Assembly: GCA_046537785.1 (NCBI GenBank)
Contig: JBKHKD010000007.1
Span: 10,832-74,831, forward strand
DNA: 64,000 bases
Direction: 5' to 3'
From: Actinomycetota bacterium
GTDB taxonomy: Bacteria; Actinomycetota; Acidimicrobiia; Spongiisociales; ZC4RG35
A model generated the notes under the pieces. That model was not told where the DNA came from. It did not search any database and saw only the letters and a list, made by a program, of their open reading frames with translations. The first letter of the stretch is position 1. Every line of letters starts with the position of its first letter. The position numbers were made by a program, and so were the translations under genes. Of this stretch, positions 30,045 through 40,255 are shown piece after piece.

Positions 30045-31595
30045 GTGTGGCTATGCTCCGGCCGTCATGGCTACCGGCGGTCGGTCTTGAAGCTCGAGTT
30101 TCGCAATGTGACAAAACGGTTTCCGGGTGTCGTCGCCAACGACTCGGTTGATTTGACGGTCGAGTCCGGAGAAATCGTCGGTCTCCTCGGCGAGAATGGT
30201 GCCGGCAAGACCACATTGATGAACATCCTCTACGGTCTGTATTCCGCCGACGAGGGTGAGATCGTCATAGATGGGCAGGTCGTCACCTTCGATGATCCGG
30301 GCGACGCCATCGCTGCCGGAATCGGGATGGTCCACCAGCACTTCATGTTGGTCCCGGTTTTCACCGCGCTCGAGAACGTCGTGCTCGGGGTGGAGCCGAC
30401 CACCGGTCCTGTGGGCAGCATGAACCTGAAAGAGGCGCGGCGTGAGGTGGAGGAGATATCCGAGCGGTATGGGCTGAATGTGGATCCCGATGCCCTCGTA
30501 GAGGACCTTCCAGTCGGTGTCCAGCAGCGAATCGAGATCATCAAGGTGCTGTTCCGCGAAGCAGAGATCATCGTGTTCGACGAGCCCACCTCCGTGCTCA
30601 CTCCCCAGGAGGTGGACGACTTCTTCAAGATCACCAACTGGCTCAAAGAGACCGGGAAAGGGATCATCTTCATCACCCACAAGCTCGGTGAGGTTCTCAA
30701 CGTCGCCGACCGAATCGCAGTCCTGCGTCGAGGGAAGCTCGTCGGCGAGGCAGACCCCAAGACGGCTTCCAAAGAGGAGCTGGCCGAGATGATGGTCGGC
30801 AGACCAGTCGATCTCGTAGTGGACAAGGGTCCGGCAGAGCCCAAGGATGTGGTGCTCTCAGTCAGCGATCTGGTCGTGCCCGACGAGCGCCAGCACACCG
30901 CAGTCGACCACGTCAGCTTCGAGGTTCGGGCTGGCGAGATCGTCGGAATTGCCGGTGTCCAGGGCAATGGCCAGACGGAACTCGTCCGGGCGCTCACCGG
31001 GCTCGCTGCTCCACTCGCCGGCCACGTCGAGCTCGACGGGGTCGACGTGACCCTGGCATCGCCCAGAGAGCTCCACAAGGCGAGTGTGGCCCACATCCCC
31101 GAGGATCGACAGCGATCCGGGTTGATCCTCGACTTCGACGTGGGCGAGAACATGGTCCTCGACAGCTATTACGCAGAGCCCTATAGCCATGGCATCCGCA
31201 TGGACTGGGAGCATGCACACCGACACGCCGACGAGCTCATCGAGCAATACGACATCCGCACCCCATCCTCCTGGGTGCCCGCCTCCACCCTCTCGGGGGG
31301 AAACCAGCAGAAGCTCATCGTGGCTCGCGAGTTCGCCAGAGAAACCAAGCTGATCATCGCTTCACAGCCGACCCGGGGGATCGACGTCGGGTCCATCGAA
31401 TACATCCACAATCGAATCGTCGAAGAGCGCGACGAAGGTGCCGCGGTGCTGATCGTCTCTAGCGAGTTGGACGAGATTCTCGCGCTCGCCGACCGGATAC
31501 TGGTCATGTATCGAGGCGAGATCGTCGCCGAGGTCCCCGGCGAGGAGGCAACTCCTCGGCAACTCGGCCTGTACATGGCAGGGCAGGTGGCATGA
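30045..31595 (+). CDS. ABC transporter ATP-binding protein with two NBDs (BMP/CUT2 type)
   Basis: It has GENGAGKTT in NBD1 and LSGGNQQK in NBD2. The start is GTG 30045 or TTG 30087. Confidence 0.9.
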   Translation: MWLCSGRHGYRRSVLKLEFRNVTKRFPGVVANDSVDLTVESGEIVGLLGENGAGKTTLMNILYGLYSADEGEIVIDGQVVTFDDPGDAIAAGIGMVHQHFMLVPVFTALENVVLGVEPTTGPVGSMNLKEARREVEEISERYGLNVDPDALVEDLPVGVQQRIEIIKVLFREAEIIVFDEPTSVLTPQEVDDFFKITNWLKETGKGIIFITHKLGEVLNVADRIAVLRRGKLVGEADPKTASKEELAEMMVGRPVDLVVDKGPAEPKDVVLSVSDLVVPDERQHTAVDHVSFEVRAGEIVGIAGVQGNGQTELVRALTGLAAPLAGHVELDGVDVTLASPRELHKASVAHIPEDRQRSGLILDFDVGENMVLDSYYAEPYSHGIRMDWEHAHRHADELIEQYDIRTPSSWVPASTLSGGNQQKLIVAREFARETKLIIASQPTRGIDVGSIEYIHNRIVEERDEGAAVLIVSSELDEILALADRILVMYRGEIVAEVPGEEATPRQLGLYMAGQVA

Positions 31596-32773
31596 CCGAC
31601 GAACCGAACACGGAGGTCAGAGAAGAGGACTCCGGGCCGGAACGTCCGAGTTGGCTGCAAGTCGTGGCTCCCGAAGGGATCGACTGGACCACGTTGCTCG
31701 TCATCCCGTTGCTGGCGGTCCTGTCAGCGCTGGTGGTGGGCGCGGTCATAATCGTTTTCACAGACGGTTTCGAGGCAGTCTTGCCTGCATATTCGGCCCT
31801 GTTCCGCGGTGCTTTTGCCGGTTGGGGCCCCATCTCGGAGACTCTGCTGGCATCGACGCCCCTTTTGCTGGCGGGTCTCGCCGTGGCAGTGGGCTTCCAG
31901 GCAGGGCTGTTCAATATTGGTGCCGAGGGTCAGATGACGATCGGTGGTCTCACCGCGGTGATCGTGGGATTCTCCTTCGATGGGCTTCCCCTCCTGGTCC
32001 ATCTTCCTCTCGCAGTGGTCGCTGGCTTCCTCGGTGGTGCCCTGTGGGGCTTCATCCCCGGCATCCTCAAGGCCAAGACCGGGGCTCATGAAGTGATCAT
32101 CACCATCATGTTGAACTTCATCGCCTATCGAACGCTCGACTACATGCTCACCAGACCCTTCATTCAGCGGGAAGGCCGATTCGACCCCGTCTCGAAGGAC
32201 GTCCTCGACTCCGCCACATTTCCGCCTCTCCTCAACTGGCTTCCGGTGGAGGCTGCCGGGCGATTCCGGCTGCACCTCGGGTTCATCTTCGCCCTAGCCG
32301 TGGCGTGGCTCATCTACTGGCTCCTCTATCGCTCGACGATTGGATTCGAGTTCCGGGCTGTGGGTGCCAACCCGCATGCGGCGAAGTACGGGGGCATCAA
32401 AGTCGCCACGGCGATCATTCTCGTCATGTCCTTGGCGGGGGGTCTGGCCGGCTTGGGCGGAGCCAATGAGACTCTCGGAGCAGTCGGTCGCGCTGTTCCC
32501 GGGTTCACCTCACAGATCGGTTTCGATGCCATCGCCCTGGCGCTGTTGGGGAGATCGCATCCAGGTGGAGTCGTGATGTCAGCGCTGCTGTTCGGAGCTT
32601 TGCGCGCTGGGGGACGCACGATGCAGGCGCAGAGTGACGTCGGCATCGACCTCATCGTCGTGGTCCAGGCGCTGATCATCGTCTTCGTGGCGGCACCCGA
32701 GCTGGTGAGGGCGATCTATCGGGTCAAGGGCGGCAAGAAACAGGGCCGGGTGACCCGAGGGTGGTCAGCGTGA
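31592..32773 (+). CDS. ABC transporter permease (BMP-type)
   Basis: It is polytopic. Its start overlaps the ATPase stop (ATGA). Confidence 0.85.
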   Translation: MTDEPNTEVREEDSGPERPSWLQVVAPEGIDWTTLLVIPLLAVLSALVVGAVIIVFTDGFEAVLPAYSALFRGAFAGWGPISETLLASTPLLLAGLAVAVGFQAGLFNIGAEGQMTIGGLTAVIVGFSFDGLPLLVHLPLAVVAGFLGGALWGFIPGILKAKTGAHEVIITIMLNFIAYRTLDYMLTRPFIQREGRFDPVSKDVLDSATFPPLLNWLPVEAAGRFRLHLGFIFALAVAWLIYWLLYRSTIGFEFRAVGANPHAAKYGGIKVATAIILVMSLAGGLAGLGGANETLGAVGRAVPGFTSQIGFDAIALALLGRSHPGGVVMSALLFGALRAGGRTMQAQSDVGIDLIVVVQALIIVFVAAPELVRAIYRVKGGKKQGRVTRGWSA

Positions 32774-34026
32774 CGATGCTGACCGGTCCGAGCGATACAG
32801 TTCGCGCACCCGCCGAGGTTCGCCGGGCACGCGTCATCGGGATCACCTATGTCCTGTTGGCGATTCTCGTCTACTTCGTCTTCGCCGCGGGCACCGAGGG
32901 CGATGTCACCTTCCGGTTTGGGGAGTCCGCAGGTGATCTCGACTGGACGGTTTCGTCCTCGATGCTGGCGACCGTGTCAGCGATCGTCTTCGGGTTCCTC
33001 GCCGGTGTCCAACTGACCCGGGGTTTCGGGACGAAGACGAACGTCGTCCTCGGAGTCGGCCTGGGGATCTTCGCCTTCACCTTCCTCGCCTGGGCCGGGG
33101 CCGGAAAGTCGATCGGGATCGTGGGGATCCTGGTGACTACTGTGGCCGCCGCCACCCCGATCGCTTTCGGAGCCCTGTCGGGTGTCATGTGTGAGAGGGT
33201 CGCGGTGATCAACATCGGCATCGAGGGGATGTTGCTCACCGGCGCTTTCACCGGTGCCCTGGTCGGCACAGTCGTAAGCCCGTTCGTCGGGATAATCGGC
33301 GCCACCCTGGCGGGCGGGGTGTTGGCGCTCGGGTTGGCGGTTCTCGCCATCCGCTACCGGGTCGATCAGATCATTGCGGGAGTCGTCATCAACATCTTCG
33401 CCCTGGGTCTGACGTCATTCGTCAGCTCCCAGGTGCTCGTCGAGAATCGGGAGGCCTTCAACCGTCCCGGCATCCTGGGGCCGATTCGAGTTCCGATCCT
33501 GGCGGATATACCGGTGTTGGGTCGGATCCTCTTCAACCAGAATGTCTTCGTCTACGTCCTGTACACGACGGTCGTTGTGCTGACCTATATGCTCTTCCGT
33601 ACCCGTTGGGGTCTTCGATCACGGTCAGTGGGCGAGCATCCCAAGGCCGCCGACACGCTTGGTATCGACGTATACCGCACCCGTTATCGCAATGTGTTCT
33701 ACGGGGGGCTCATCGCCGGGTTCGGCGGCGCCTACTTCACGCTGGGATCCGTCGGGGCATTCAACGAGAACATGACCGCAGGACGTGGCTTCATCGGGTT
33801 GGCCGCCATGATCTTCGGCCGCTGGCATCCGGTGGGTGCTCTGGCCGCAGCTCTCATCTTCGGTTTTGCCGAGTCACTTCAGATCAGGCTGAGCATCCTC
33901 GACATCGGCATACCCTCCGAATTCCTGTTGATGGCCCCATACCTGGTGACCATCGTCGTGGTCGCCGGTGTCGTCGGTGCCGCCAGGCCACCCGCCGCCG
34001 ACGGCCAGCCCTATATCAAGGAATGA
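32761..34026 (+). CDS. ABC transporter permease (BMP-type)
   Basis: It is polytopic. The start is GTG 32761, GTG 32770 or ATG 32776. Confidence 0.85.
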   Translation: MVSVTMLTGPSDTVRAPAEVRRARVIGITYVLLAILVYFVFAAGTEGDVTFRFGESAGDLDWTVSSSMLATVSAIVFGFLAGVQLTRGFGTKTNVVLGVGLGIFAFTFLAWAGAGKSIGIVGILVTTVAAATPIAFGALSGVMCERVAVINIGIEGMLLTGAFTGALVGTVVSPFVGIIGATLAGGVLALGLAVLAIRYRVDQIIAGVVINIFALGLTSFVSSQVLVENREAFNRPGILGPIRVPILADIPVLGRILFNQNVFVYVLYTTVVVLTYMLFRTRWGLRSRSVGEHPKAADTLGIDVYRTRYRNVFYGGLIAGFGGAYFTLGSVGAFNENMTAGRGFIGLAAMIFGRWHPVGALAAALIFGFAESLQIRLSILDIGIPSEFLLMAPYLVTIVVVAGVVGAARPPAADGQPYIKE

Positions 34027-34038
34027 CGCTGGGCCCTT

Positions 34039-34172
34039 GAGTATGAAGTATCAGGTATGAAGTATGAAGACCACCCGGTTCGTGATGTTTAGCTCTCGAG
34101 GGGCAGCCGTTCCTAGACGTTGACCTTGCCTGGGGAGAAGGTCGGTCCTGATACCTCATACTTCATACCTTC
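34039..34172. repeat. AT-rich inverted repeat element between convergent genes
   Basis: GGTATGAAGTATGA (34054-34067) is the exact reverse complement of 34156-34169. The left arm also carries a duplicated GTATGAAGTAT. Confidence 0.55.
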
Positions 34173-35224
34173 TACCCCTCGGTCGTGCTGGTGTCGCCCG
34201 GGACCGTGGTTCCGGTGGGAGCGGTGGTATCGGTGCCCACTACGGGGCGGCCGATGACTTCGATCTCGTCGATGGCGATCTCGTCGAATCTGTTCTCCTC
34301 CACGACCTCGGCTTCATAAGCCTCCACAACCCTGATGGTCAGGGTGGTCGTGTTCAGCGCCTGGAACGGGACTTGCTGGGTTCCCTGCTGGTCCTGGAGA
34401 CGCACCGGTACGGGTCCGGCAACCGAGTCCTGGGCTTCGATGGTGATGCTCTGGGCGCGGTAGTTCTGACGGAAGCGGACGGGGTCGTCGATGTTGGTCC
34501 AAAGGATCTGGGTTATGGCCATCGGCTCGAAGAAGCTGAGTTCTATGGTGATTCCCTGGTCGCTGGTTTCCTCCCAGCTCACCTGATACTCGTCGTCGGT
34601 TCCGGAGGTGAGGTTGGCACAGATGAAGCTGCTGATTCCCTGCGGGGTGCAGGTCTCTTCCAGGATCTCGATGGGCCCTAGCTCCTGCACCTGAGGAGCC
34701 GTGGTCGGTGTGCTAGTGGTTGATGTGTCCGGCGCGGGATCGTCTCCGGAGAAGATGTTGAAGAAAAGAGCGATGAGGATGACGCCGAGGAGGAGACCGC
34801 TGATACCTAGCGCGGCACGGACACCGGCGGTGGCCTGGACCGCGGGTCTCGGCGCAGTGGGGAGCGGGCCCTGGCGGAGACGGGCGCCACACTCCTGGCA
34901 GTGCCGGTTGTTCGAGGGGTTGACGGCACCACACGACGGGCACTGAACAGGTCCGCCGTTGCCGTTGCCGCCACCCCTGGGCGAGGCTTGATGCGGTGGT
35001 GGAACGTCTTCATTTGGAGGACCCGACTCGAGAGAGAACTCCTCATATGGCGAGTCATTGGAGGGCCCATCCGAGCTGACGCTTATCACATTGCCTTGTC
35101 CGCTCGAGGGGCCAGAGCGCGACTTCGGGGCGGCCATGGGATCCATGAACGCTCCGCATGACGGACAGAACTGCTCGTCGCTCGCGACTATCGAGCCGCA
35201 CTGCTCACAAGTGTGTGAAGCCAC
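34172..35224 (-). CDS. double zinc-ribbon / TM / discoidin-like (F5/8 type C-like) domain protein
   Basis: It has two CxxC...CxxC ribbons (CEQCG..CPSCG; CPSCG..CQECG), one TM helix, Thr-rich linkers and a C-terminal beta domain ending FDEIAIDEIEVIG. Confidence 0.6.
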   Translation of the reverse strand: MASHTCEQCGSIVASDEQFCPSCGAFMDPMAAPKSRSGPSSGQGNVISVSSDGPSNDSPYEEFSLESGPPNEDVPPPHQASPRGGGNGNGGPVQCPSCGAVNPSNNRHCQECGARLRQGPLPTAPRPAVQATAGVRAALGISGLLLGVILIALFFNIFSGDDPAPDTSTTSTPTTAPQVQELGPIEILEETCTPQGISSFICANLTSGTDDEYQVSWEETSDQGITIELSFFEPMAITQILWTNIDDPVRFRQNYRAQSITIEAQDSVAGPVPVRLQDQQGTQQVPFQALNTTTLTIRVVEAYEAEVVEENRFDEIAIDEIEVIGRPVVGTDTTAPTGTTVPGDTSTTEG

Positions 35225-35383
35225 GTCCCTCCTTTGAAGTTATTGTGCCACGGCATGTTGACCCTGGCTTTGAGGACGTACGAGCCGTGGACCCTGGCAA
35301 ACATCCTGGGGGGACTGGTCCTGTTGGCGATCCTCCTGGGGGTCTTGATTTTCGCATTGCATCGCGTCAATCGTTAACTCTAA

Positions 35384-36688
35384 ATGGCAACATCTTCCAC
35401 ATTCTCGTGCGTTTCCTGCGGCTATCGGTCTCCCAAATGGATGGGATTCTGCCCGCAATGCGGCTCATCCGACCAATTGACCGAGACTTCAGGACCGGCA
35501 GCGTCGTCACGACACAGGCATGCGGCGGCGGCGGTATCGATCGCCGAGGCCACCGCATCCCGGATGGAGCGCATCCCCACCGGCTGGAACGAGGTCGACC
35601 GTGTCCTTGGCGGAGGTCTGGTGCGGGGCTCAGCCGTTCTTCTCGGCGGGGAGCCTGGGGTGGGCAAGTCAACCCTCTTGCTTCAGATGGCCGGTGGGCT
35701 CGGCTCCAGCGGCCTACCCGTGGTCATCGCGTCAGCTGAGGAGTCGGCCCACCAGGTGGCGATGCGGGCGGAACGAATCGGGGTGGCCGCAGCCAGCATC
35801 GACCTCGTCTCGGACGACGACGTGGACGCGATTGTCGCTTTGGCGCAAGAGCAGAACCCGGACGTCCTTATCGTCGATTCGATCCAGACGGTCGGGGTCA
35901 CCGAGATCCCGTCGGCACCGGGTGGAGTGGCCCAGGTGCGGGAGAGCGCAGCGCGGCTGATCCGACTCGCCAAGACCACCGGGACGGTGGTGGTGCTTGT
36001 GGGCCATGTAACCAAGGAGGGCGGTCTGGCTGGCCCGAAGATACTCGAGCACATGGTCGATGTCGTGCTCTACATGGAGGGTGACCCCGACCGGGGGCTG
36101 AGAGTGCTCCGCAGCAACAAGAACCGTTTCGGGGCCACCCATGTCTCGGGGATGTTCGACATGCAGGGCGATGGACTGGTCGAGGTAGAGGATCCGTCGA
36201 AGTTGTTCCTGGACGGGTGGGAGACCAAGGTCCCGGGAACGATCGTCTACCCGGCAGTGGAAGGGCGGAGGTCGGTGCTCGTCGAGATCCAGGCCCTGGT
36301 TGCGCCCTCCAACCAAGCCCAGCCCAGAAGGTCCGTCCGCGGCCTCGACGCTGCGCGGGTCAATCAGGTGCTCGCCGTCCTCGATCGACACGCCGGGATC
36401 AAGATGGGAGACAAGGAGGTCTACGTCAACGTGGTCGGCGGGTGGAGACTCGATGAGCCCGGTTGCGACCTTCCCGTCGCACTAGCTCTGGCGTCATCGG
36501 CGGCCAACGAGCCGCTGGGACGAGTGGCCGCATGGGGCGAGGTAGGGCTCGCCGGGGAGGTTCGCTCGGTCCCGTTCGAGGCGAGGAGAGTCGAGGAGCT
36601 GGAGAGGATGGGTCTCGAGAAGAGAGTCGCTCCCGGTGGGGGTGAGCCCATGCGTCTCGCCGACGCGCTGCGCAGGGCTGGTCTTTGA
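35384..36688 (+). CDS. radA: DNA repair protein RadA/Sms
   Basis: It has a C4 zinc ribbon (CVSCGYRSPKWMGFCPQCG), Walker A GGEPGVGKST, the KNRFG motif and a Lon-like C-terminus. Confidence 0.95.
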   Translation: MATSSTFSCVSCGYRSPKWMGFCPQCGSSDQLTETSGPAASSRHRHAAAAVSIAEATASRMERIPTGWNEVDRVLGGGLVRGSAVLLGGEPGVGKSTLLLQMAGGLGSSGLPVVIASAEESAHQVAMRAERIGVAAASIDLVSDDDVDAIVALAQEQNPDVLIVDSIQTVGVTEIPSAPGGVAQVRESAARLIRLAKTTGTVVVLVGHVTKEGGLAGPKILEHMVDVVLYMEGDPDRGLRVLRSNKNRFGATHVSGMFDMQGDGLVEVEDPSKLFLDGWETKVPGTIVYPAVEGRRSVLVEIQALVAPSNQAQPRRSVRGLDAARVNQVLAVLDRHAGIKMGDKEVYVNVVGGWRLDEPGCDLPVALALASSAANEPLGRVAAWGEVGLAGEVRSVPFEARRVEELERMGLEKRVAPGGGEPMRLADALRRAGL

Positions 36689-37791
36689 GCCCGTCTGGCG
36701 AGGAAACGGCGTCTGATAGCCTGAGCATCGTGGGCGGTCCATCGATAAATGAGACACTGGAGCGGCTGGCGCCGGGTACGCCCATGCGTCATGCCCTGGA
36801 GCGGATCATCCAGCAGGGCAAGGGCGGTCTGGTGGTCCTGGGGCAAAACGCGAAGGTCGACGCCGCCAGCTCGGGCGGATTCCAGCTGGAGGACGCCGAT
36901 TTCACGCCGGCCCGGCTCGCCGAGCTGTCCAAGATGGACGGGGGGATCGTGCTGGACGACGACTGGGACAAGATCCTGGCCGCTAACGTCCACTTCGTAC
37001 CCGACGGGTCGATCGACACCGACGAGACCGGTGCCCGCCATCGCACCGCTGAGCGCCTCGCCAAAGAGACGAAGACGCCAGTCGTCGCGGTGAGCGAGGG
37101 GCGCCGCGTCGCCACCCTCTTCTACGGTGATCAGAAAATCGAGTTGGCCACTCCGACCGAGGTCGCCGCGTATGTGAATCAGGAGTTGCAGAGCCTGGAG
37201 CGGCTCAGAAGCCGGCTCCATGAGGCGGAGTCGCGCCTCAGCCGGCTCGAAGTCACCGGACTGGCCACCTACCGCGCCGTGGTCACCGTTGTGCAACGTG
37301 CAGAACTGGTTCGCCGGCTCGGGGCGGTCATCAGAGACCGCACCCGCACGCTCGGAGACGAAGGTCGGATCGCCACCCTCCAGCTCAACGATCTCCTCGC
37401 CGGGGTCGAGGCCACGCAAGAGCTGGTCCTCTCCGACTACATAAAGCCACTCCGATCTGGGTCCGTCGACCGTGCTCTCGGGCGTCTCGCCGATCTATCC
37501 GGCTCCGAACTGGAAGACCCTGCCCGGGTGGCCAAGGAGATTGGGTTCAGCGATCTCGACGATCCCGCCGATGCCCGGGGCCATCGCCTCCTGTCCCAGG
37601 TGGGAAGACTTCCAGACGGTGTGCGCGAGGTCATCGTCCGTCATTTCGGCTCGGTCGATCGCATTCTCCGTGCCTCCGAATCACAGCTGATCGCGGTGGA
37701 GGGTGTCGGAGAAGCCAGGGCCAAGCAGCTCCTCAGCTTCTTCCAGCGTCTCGAGACCGCGGCTCACGAATGGGAGCCGGTGCTTGATTGA
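36685..37791 (+). CDS. disA: DNA integrity scanning protein DisA (diadenylate cyclase)
   Basis: It has a DAC domain (GKGGLVVLG, DGGIVLD) and a C-terminal HhH (LIAVEGVGEARAKQL). The TTG at 36685 overlaps the radA stop; GTG 36730 is an alternative. Confidence 0.9.
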   Translation: MSPSGEETASDSLSIVGGPSINETLERLAPGTPMRHALERIIQQGKGGLVVLGQNAKVDAASSGGFQLEDADFTPARLAELSKMDGGIVLDDDWDKILAANVHFVPDGSIDTDETGARHRTAERLAKETKTPVVAVSEGRRVATLFYGDQKIELATPTEVAAYVNQELQSLERLRSRLHEAESRLSRLEVTGLATYRAVVTVVQRAELVRRLGAVIRDRTRTLGDEGRIATLQLNDLLAGVEATQELVLSDYIKPLRSGSVDRALGRLADLSGSELEDPARVAKEIGFSDLDDPADARGHRLLSQVGRLPDGVREVIVRHFGSVDRILRASESQLIAVEGVGEARAKQLLSFFQRLETAAHEWEPVLD

Positions 37792-37822
37792 ATGAGCCCA
37801 GCTGTACACTCCGGATTCGTCT

Positions 37823-38332
37823 ATGGCAGTTGATACCAAGTACTCGGTAGGGGACAAGGTGGTCCACCCCCAGCATGGGGCAGCCACCATCGCCAAGAAG
37901 ATCAAACAGGAGTTCGACGGGGAGAAGAGTGACTACTTCATCCTCGAGATCGCCACTGAGCAGCTCACCGTCATGGTTCCACTGGAGAAGGTGGAAGATT
38001 TGATCCGTCCGGTCATATCGAAGACCAAGTCCCGGGAAGTGCTCAAGTCCTTGAAGGGAGAGCCCGAGGAGGCAGGCTCCAACTGGAGTCGCTGGTACAA
38101 GGTCCTTAACGAGAAGATGGTCTCGGGTGACATTTTCCAGGTGGCCGAGGTGGTGCGCGACCTGTCCTACGCCCAGCAGACCAAAGGCATCAGCCCTGCT
38201 CTGAAGCGGATGCTGTCCAAGGCACGTCTGACTCTCAGCTCGGAACTTGCCTTCAGCCTCGACGTGGACGAGGAAGAGGCGATCAAGAAGCTCGACCGGG
38301 CACTTCCCAAGATAGAGCCCGAAGAGGAGTGA
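37823..38332 (+). CDS. carD: CarD-family transcriptional regulator
   Basis: It has the N-terminal RNAP-interacting domain (YSVGDKVVHPQHGAATI). Confidence 0.92.
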   Translation: MAVDTKYSVGDKVVHPQHGAATIAKKIKQEFDGEKSDYFILEIATEQLTVMVPLEKVEDLIRPVISKTKSREVLKSLKGEPEEAGSNWSRWYKVLNEKMVSGDIFQVAEVVRDLSYAQQTKGISPALKRMLSKARLTLSSELAFSLDVDEEEAIKKLDRALPKIEPEEE

Positions 38333-38826
38333 CCGCCAAGTCTTCGATTCCCCGGGTTGGTTGGGGATTCGACGCCCACCGACTCGACGACCAGCCTCCT
38401 CTGAAGCTCGGCGGGGTGGTCGTTTCAGAGACTCAGGGTGTGACCGCCACCTCGGACGGCGATCTCGTGGCTCACGCGGTCACAGATGCTCTCCTGGGGG
38501 CTTGCGTCCTCGGCGACATCGGTGAGCATTTCCCGTCTGATGACCCCAAATGGGCGGGGGCCGATTCCATGGAGCTGCTTCGGCTGTCCATCGACAAGGC
38601 GAATGGGGCGGGATGGAAGCCATCTCACATCGACGTCACCGTGATTGCCGAGTCAGTGCGGGTTTCGCCGCACCGAAACGAGATCACGGCGAGCCTCGCC
38701 GACGCCGCACGGATCTCGGCCGATGCCGTCTCGGTCAAGGCCACGAGCACCGATGGCCTCGGCGTTATCGGCCAGGACGAGGGGATTGTCGCGGTGGCGG
38801 TGGTCACGGTCATCCCATCGGCCTGA
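38329..38826 (+). CDS. ispF: 2-C-methyl-D-erythritol 2,4-cyclodiphosphate synthase
   Basis: It has GWGFDAHRL and is 165 aa. The GTG start overlaps the carD stop. ispD is not present at this locus. Confidence 0.92.
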   Translation: MTAKSSIPRVGWGFDAHRLDDQPPLKLGGVVVSETQGVTATSDGDLVAHAVTDALLGACVLGDIGEHFPSDDPKWAGADSMELLRLSIDKANGAGWKPSHIDVTVIAESVRVSPHRNEITASLADAARISADAVSVKATSTDGLGVIGQDEGIVAVAVVTVIPSA

Positions 38827-38896
38827 TCGAGCGTGACACCCATGCGGTGAGCGCGGCATCGTGGCCCATTCGGTCCGGTGACTTAACATCGCGGCC

Positions 38897-40255
38897 GTGA
38901 TTCGCGTCCACAACTCCATGGGCCGCACCCTGGTCGACTTCGAGCCCCGTGACGAGGGCAAGGTGGGCATGTACGTGTGCGGGCCGACAGTCCAATCAGA
39001 GCCGCATGTCGGACATGGAAGATATGCCGTGGCCTTCGACGTCATTCGCCGCTACCTGATCTGGCGTGGCTTCGACGTCACCTATGTATCGAACATCACC
39101 GACGTCGAGGACAAGATCATCGCCGCGGCGGAGGAGCGCGGTGAGAGCGTGGAGGAACTGGCGGTTCGTATGACCGAATTTTTCGCTAACAGCTTCAAGC
39201 GGCTGGGAGTGCTCCCGCCCGACATCGAGCCCAAGGCCACCGAGCACATTCCCGAGATGCTCGACCTCATCGGCAGACTCATCGACCGCGGGCTGGCCTA
39301 TGTACGGGGGGACGGCGACGTGTACTTCTCCGTCAAGACTCTGGAGCAGTACGGCCGGCTGTCGGGGCGCAAGCCGGAGGAGTTGCGGGCCGGGTATCGG
39401 ATCGAAGTCGACGAGTCGAAGGACGATCCTCTCGACTTCGCCCTCTGGAAGGCGGCCAAGCCCGGCGAGCCGACCTGGGACTCCCCATGGGGCCCCGGCC
39501 GGCCCGGGTGGCACATCGAGTGCTCCGCCATGGCCACCAAATACCTCGGAGACGACTTCGACATCCACGGCGGAGGACTCGACTTGATCTTTCCCCACCA
39601 CGAGAACGAAGTAGCGCAGAGCGAGGGCGCATCGGGCAAGACGTTCGCTCGCTATTGGCTCCACAACGGGATGGTGAACCTTGGTGGGGAGAAGATGGCC
39701 AAATCCACCGGCAAGCTGGTCGATCTCCAGGAGGTGCTCGACGCCCACGGTGGGCGTGCCCTGCGCATGCTCTATGTGCGCGCCCACTATCGCTCGCCTA
39801 TCGACTACTCCGAGGAGCTGCTGGGTGAAGCCGAGGACTCCCTCGACCGGCTCGACAGGTTTCGTGAGCGTGTCACCCCGGGTGAGCCCGACCCTGCTGC
39901 TATTGAGAGGTTCACCCGGGCGATGGACGAGGACTTCGGGACACCGCAGGCGGTCTCGCTCATGTTCGACCTCATCAGAGAAGGGAATCGTGTCCTCGAT
40001 GACGGCGGCGATGCCAGTGCGCTGGCCGGAGCCGTGGAGACGATCGTGGAGGTTCTCGGTCTCGACGATGCGGACGAGGCACCGAAGGCGGCCGCATCGC
40101 TGTCAGATGGCGAGATCGAGGCTCTGGTGGCCGAGCGTGACGAGGCGCGGGCAGAGCGGGACTTCGTCCGGGCAGACGAGATCAGAGACAGGCTGGCGGC
40201 TGCCGGCGTGACAATCGAAGACGGCCCCCATGGCACCCGCTGGCTACGGCGATAG
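38897..40255 (+). CDS. cysS: cysteinyl-tRNA synthetase
   Basis: It has a HIGH-type motif (HVGHGR) and a KMSKS-type motif (KMAKS). Confidence 0.95.
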   Translation: MIRVHNSMGRTLVDFEPRDEGKVGMYVCGPTVQSEPHVGHGRYAVAFDVIRRYLIWRGFDVTYVSNITDVEDKIIAAAEERGESVEELAVRMTEFFANSFKRLGVLPPDIEPKATEHIPEMLDLIGRLIDRGLAYVRGDGDVYFSVKTLEQYGRLSGRKPEELRAGYRIEVDESKDDPLDFALWKAAKPGEPTWDSPWGPGRPGWHIECSAMATKYLGDDFDIHGGGLDLIFPHHENEVAQSEGASGKTFARYWLHNGMVNLGGEKMAKSTGKLVDLQEVLDAHGGRALRMLYVRAHYRSPIDYSEELLGEAEDSLDRLDRFRERVTPGEPDPAAIERFTRAMDEDFGTPQAVSLMFDLIREGNRVLDDGGDASALAGAVETIVEVLGLDDADEAPKAAASLSDGEIEALVAERDEARAERDFVRADEIRDRLAAAGVTIEDGPHGTRWLRR

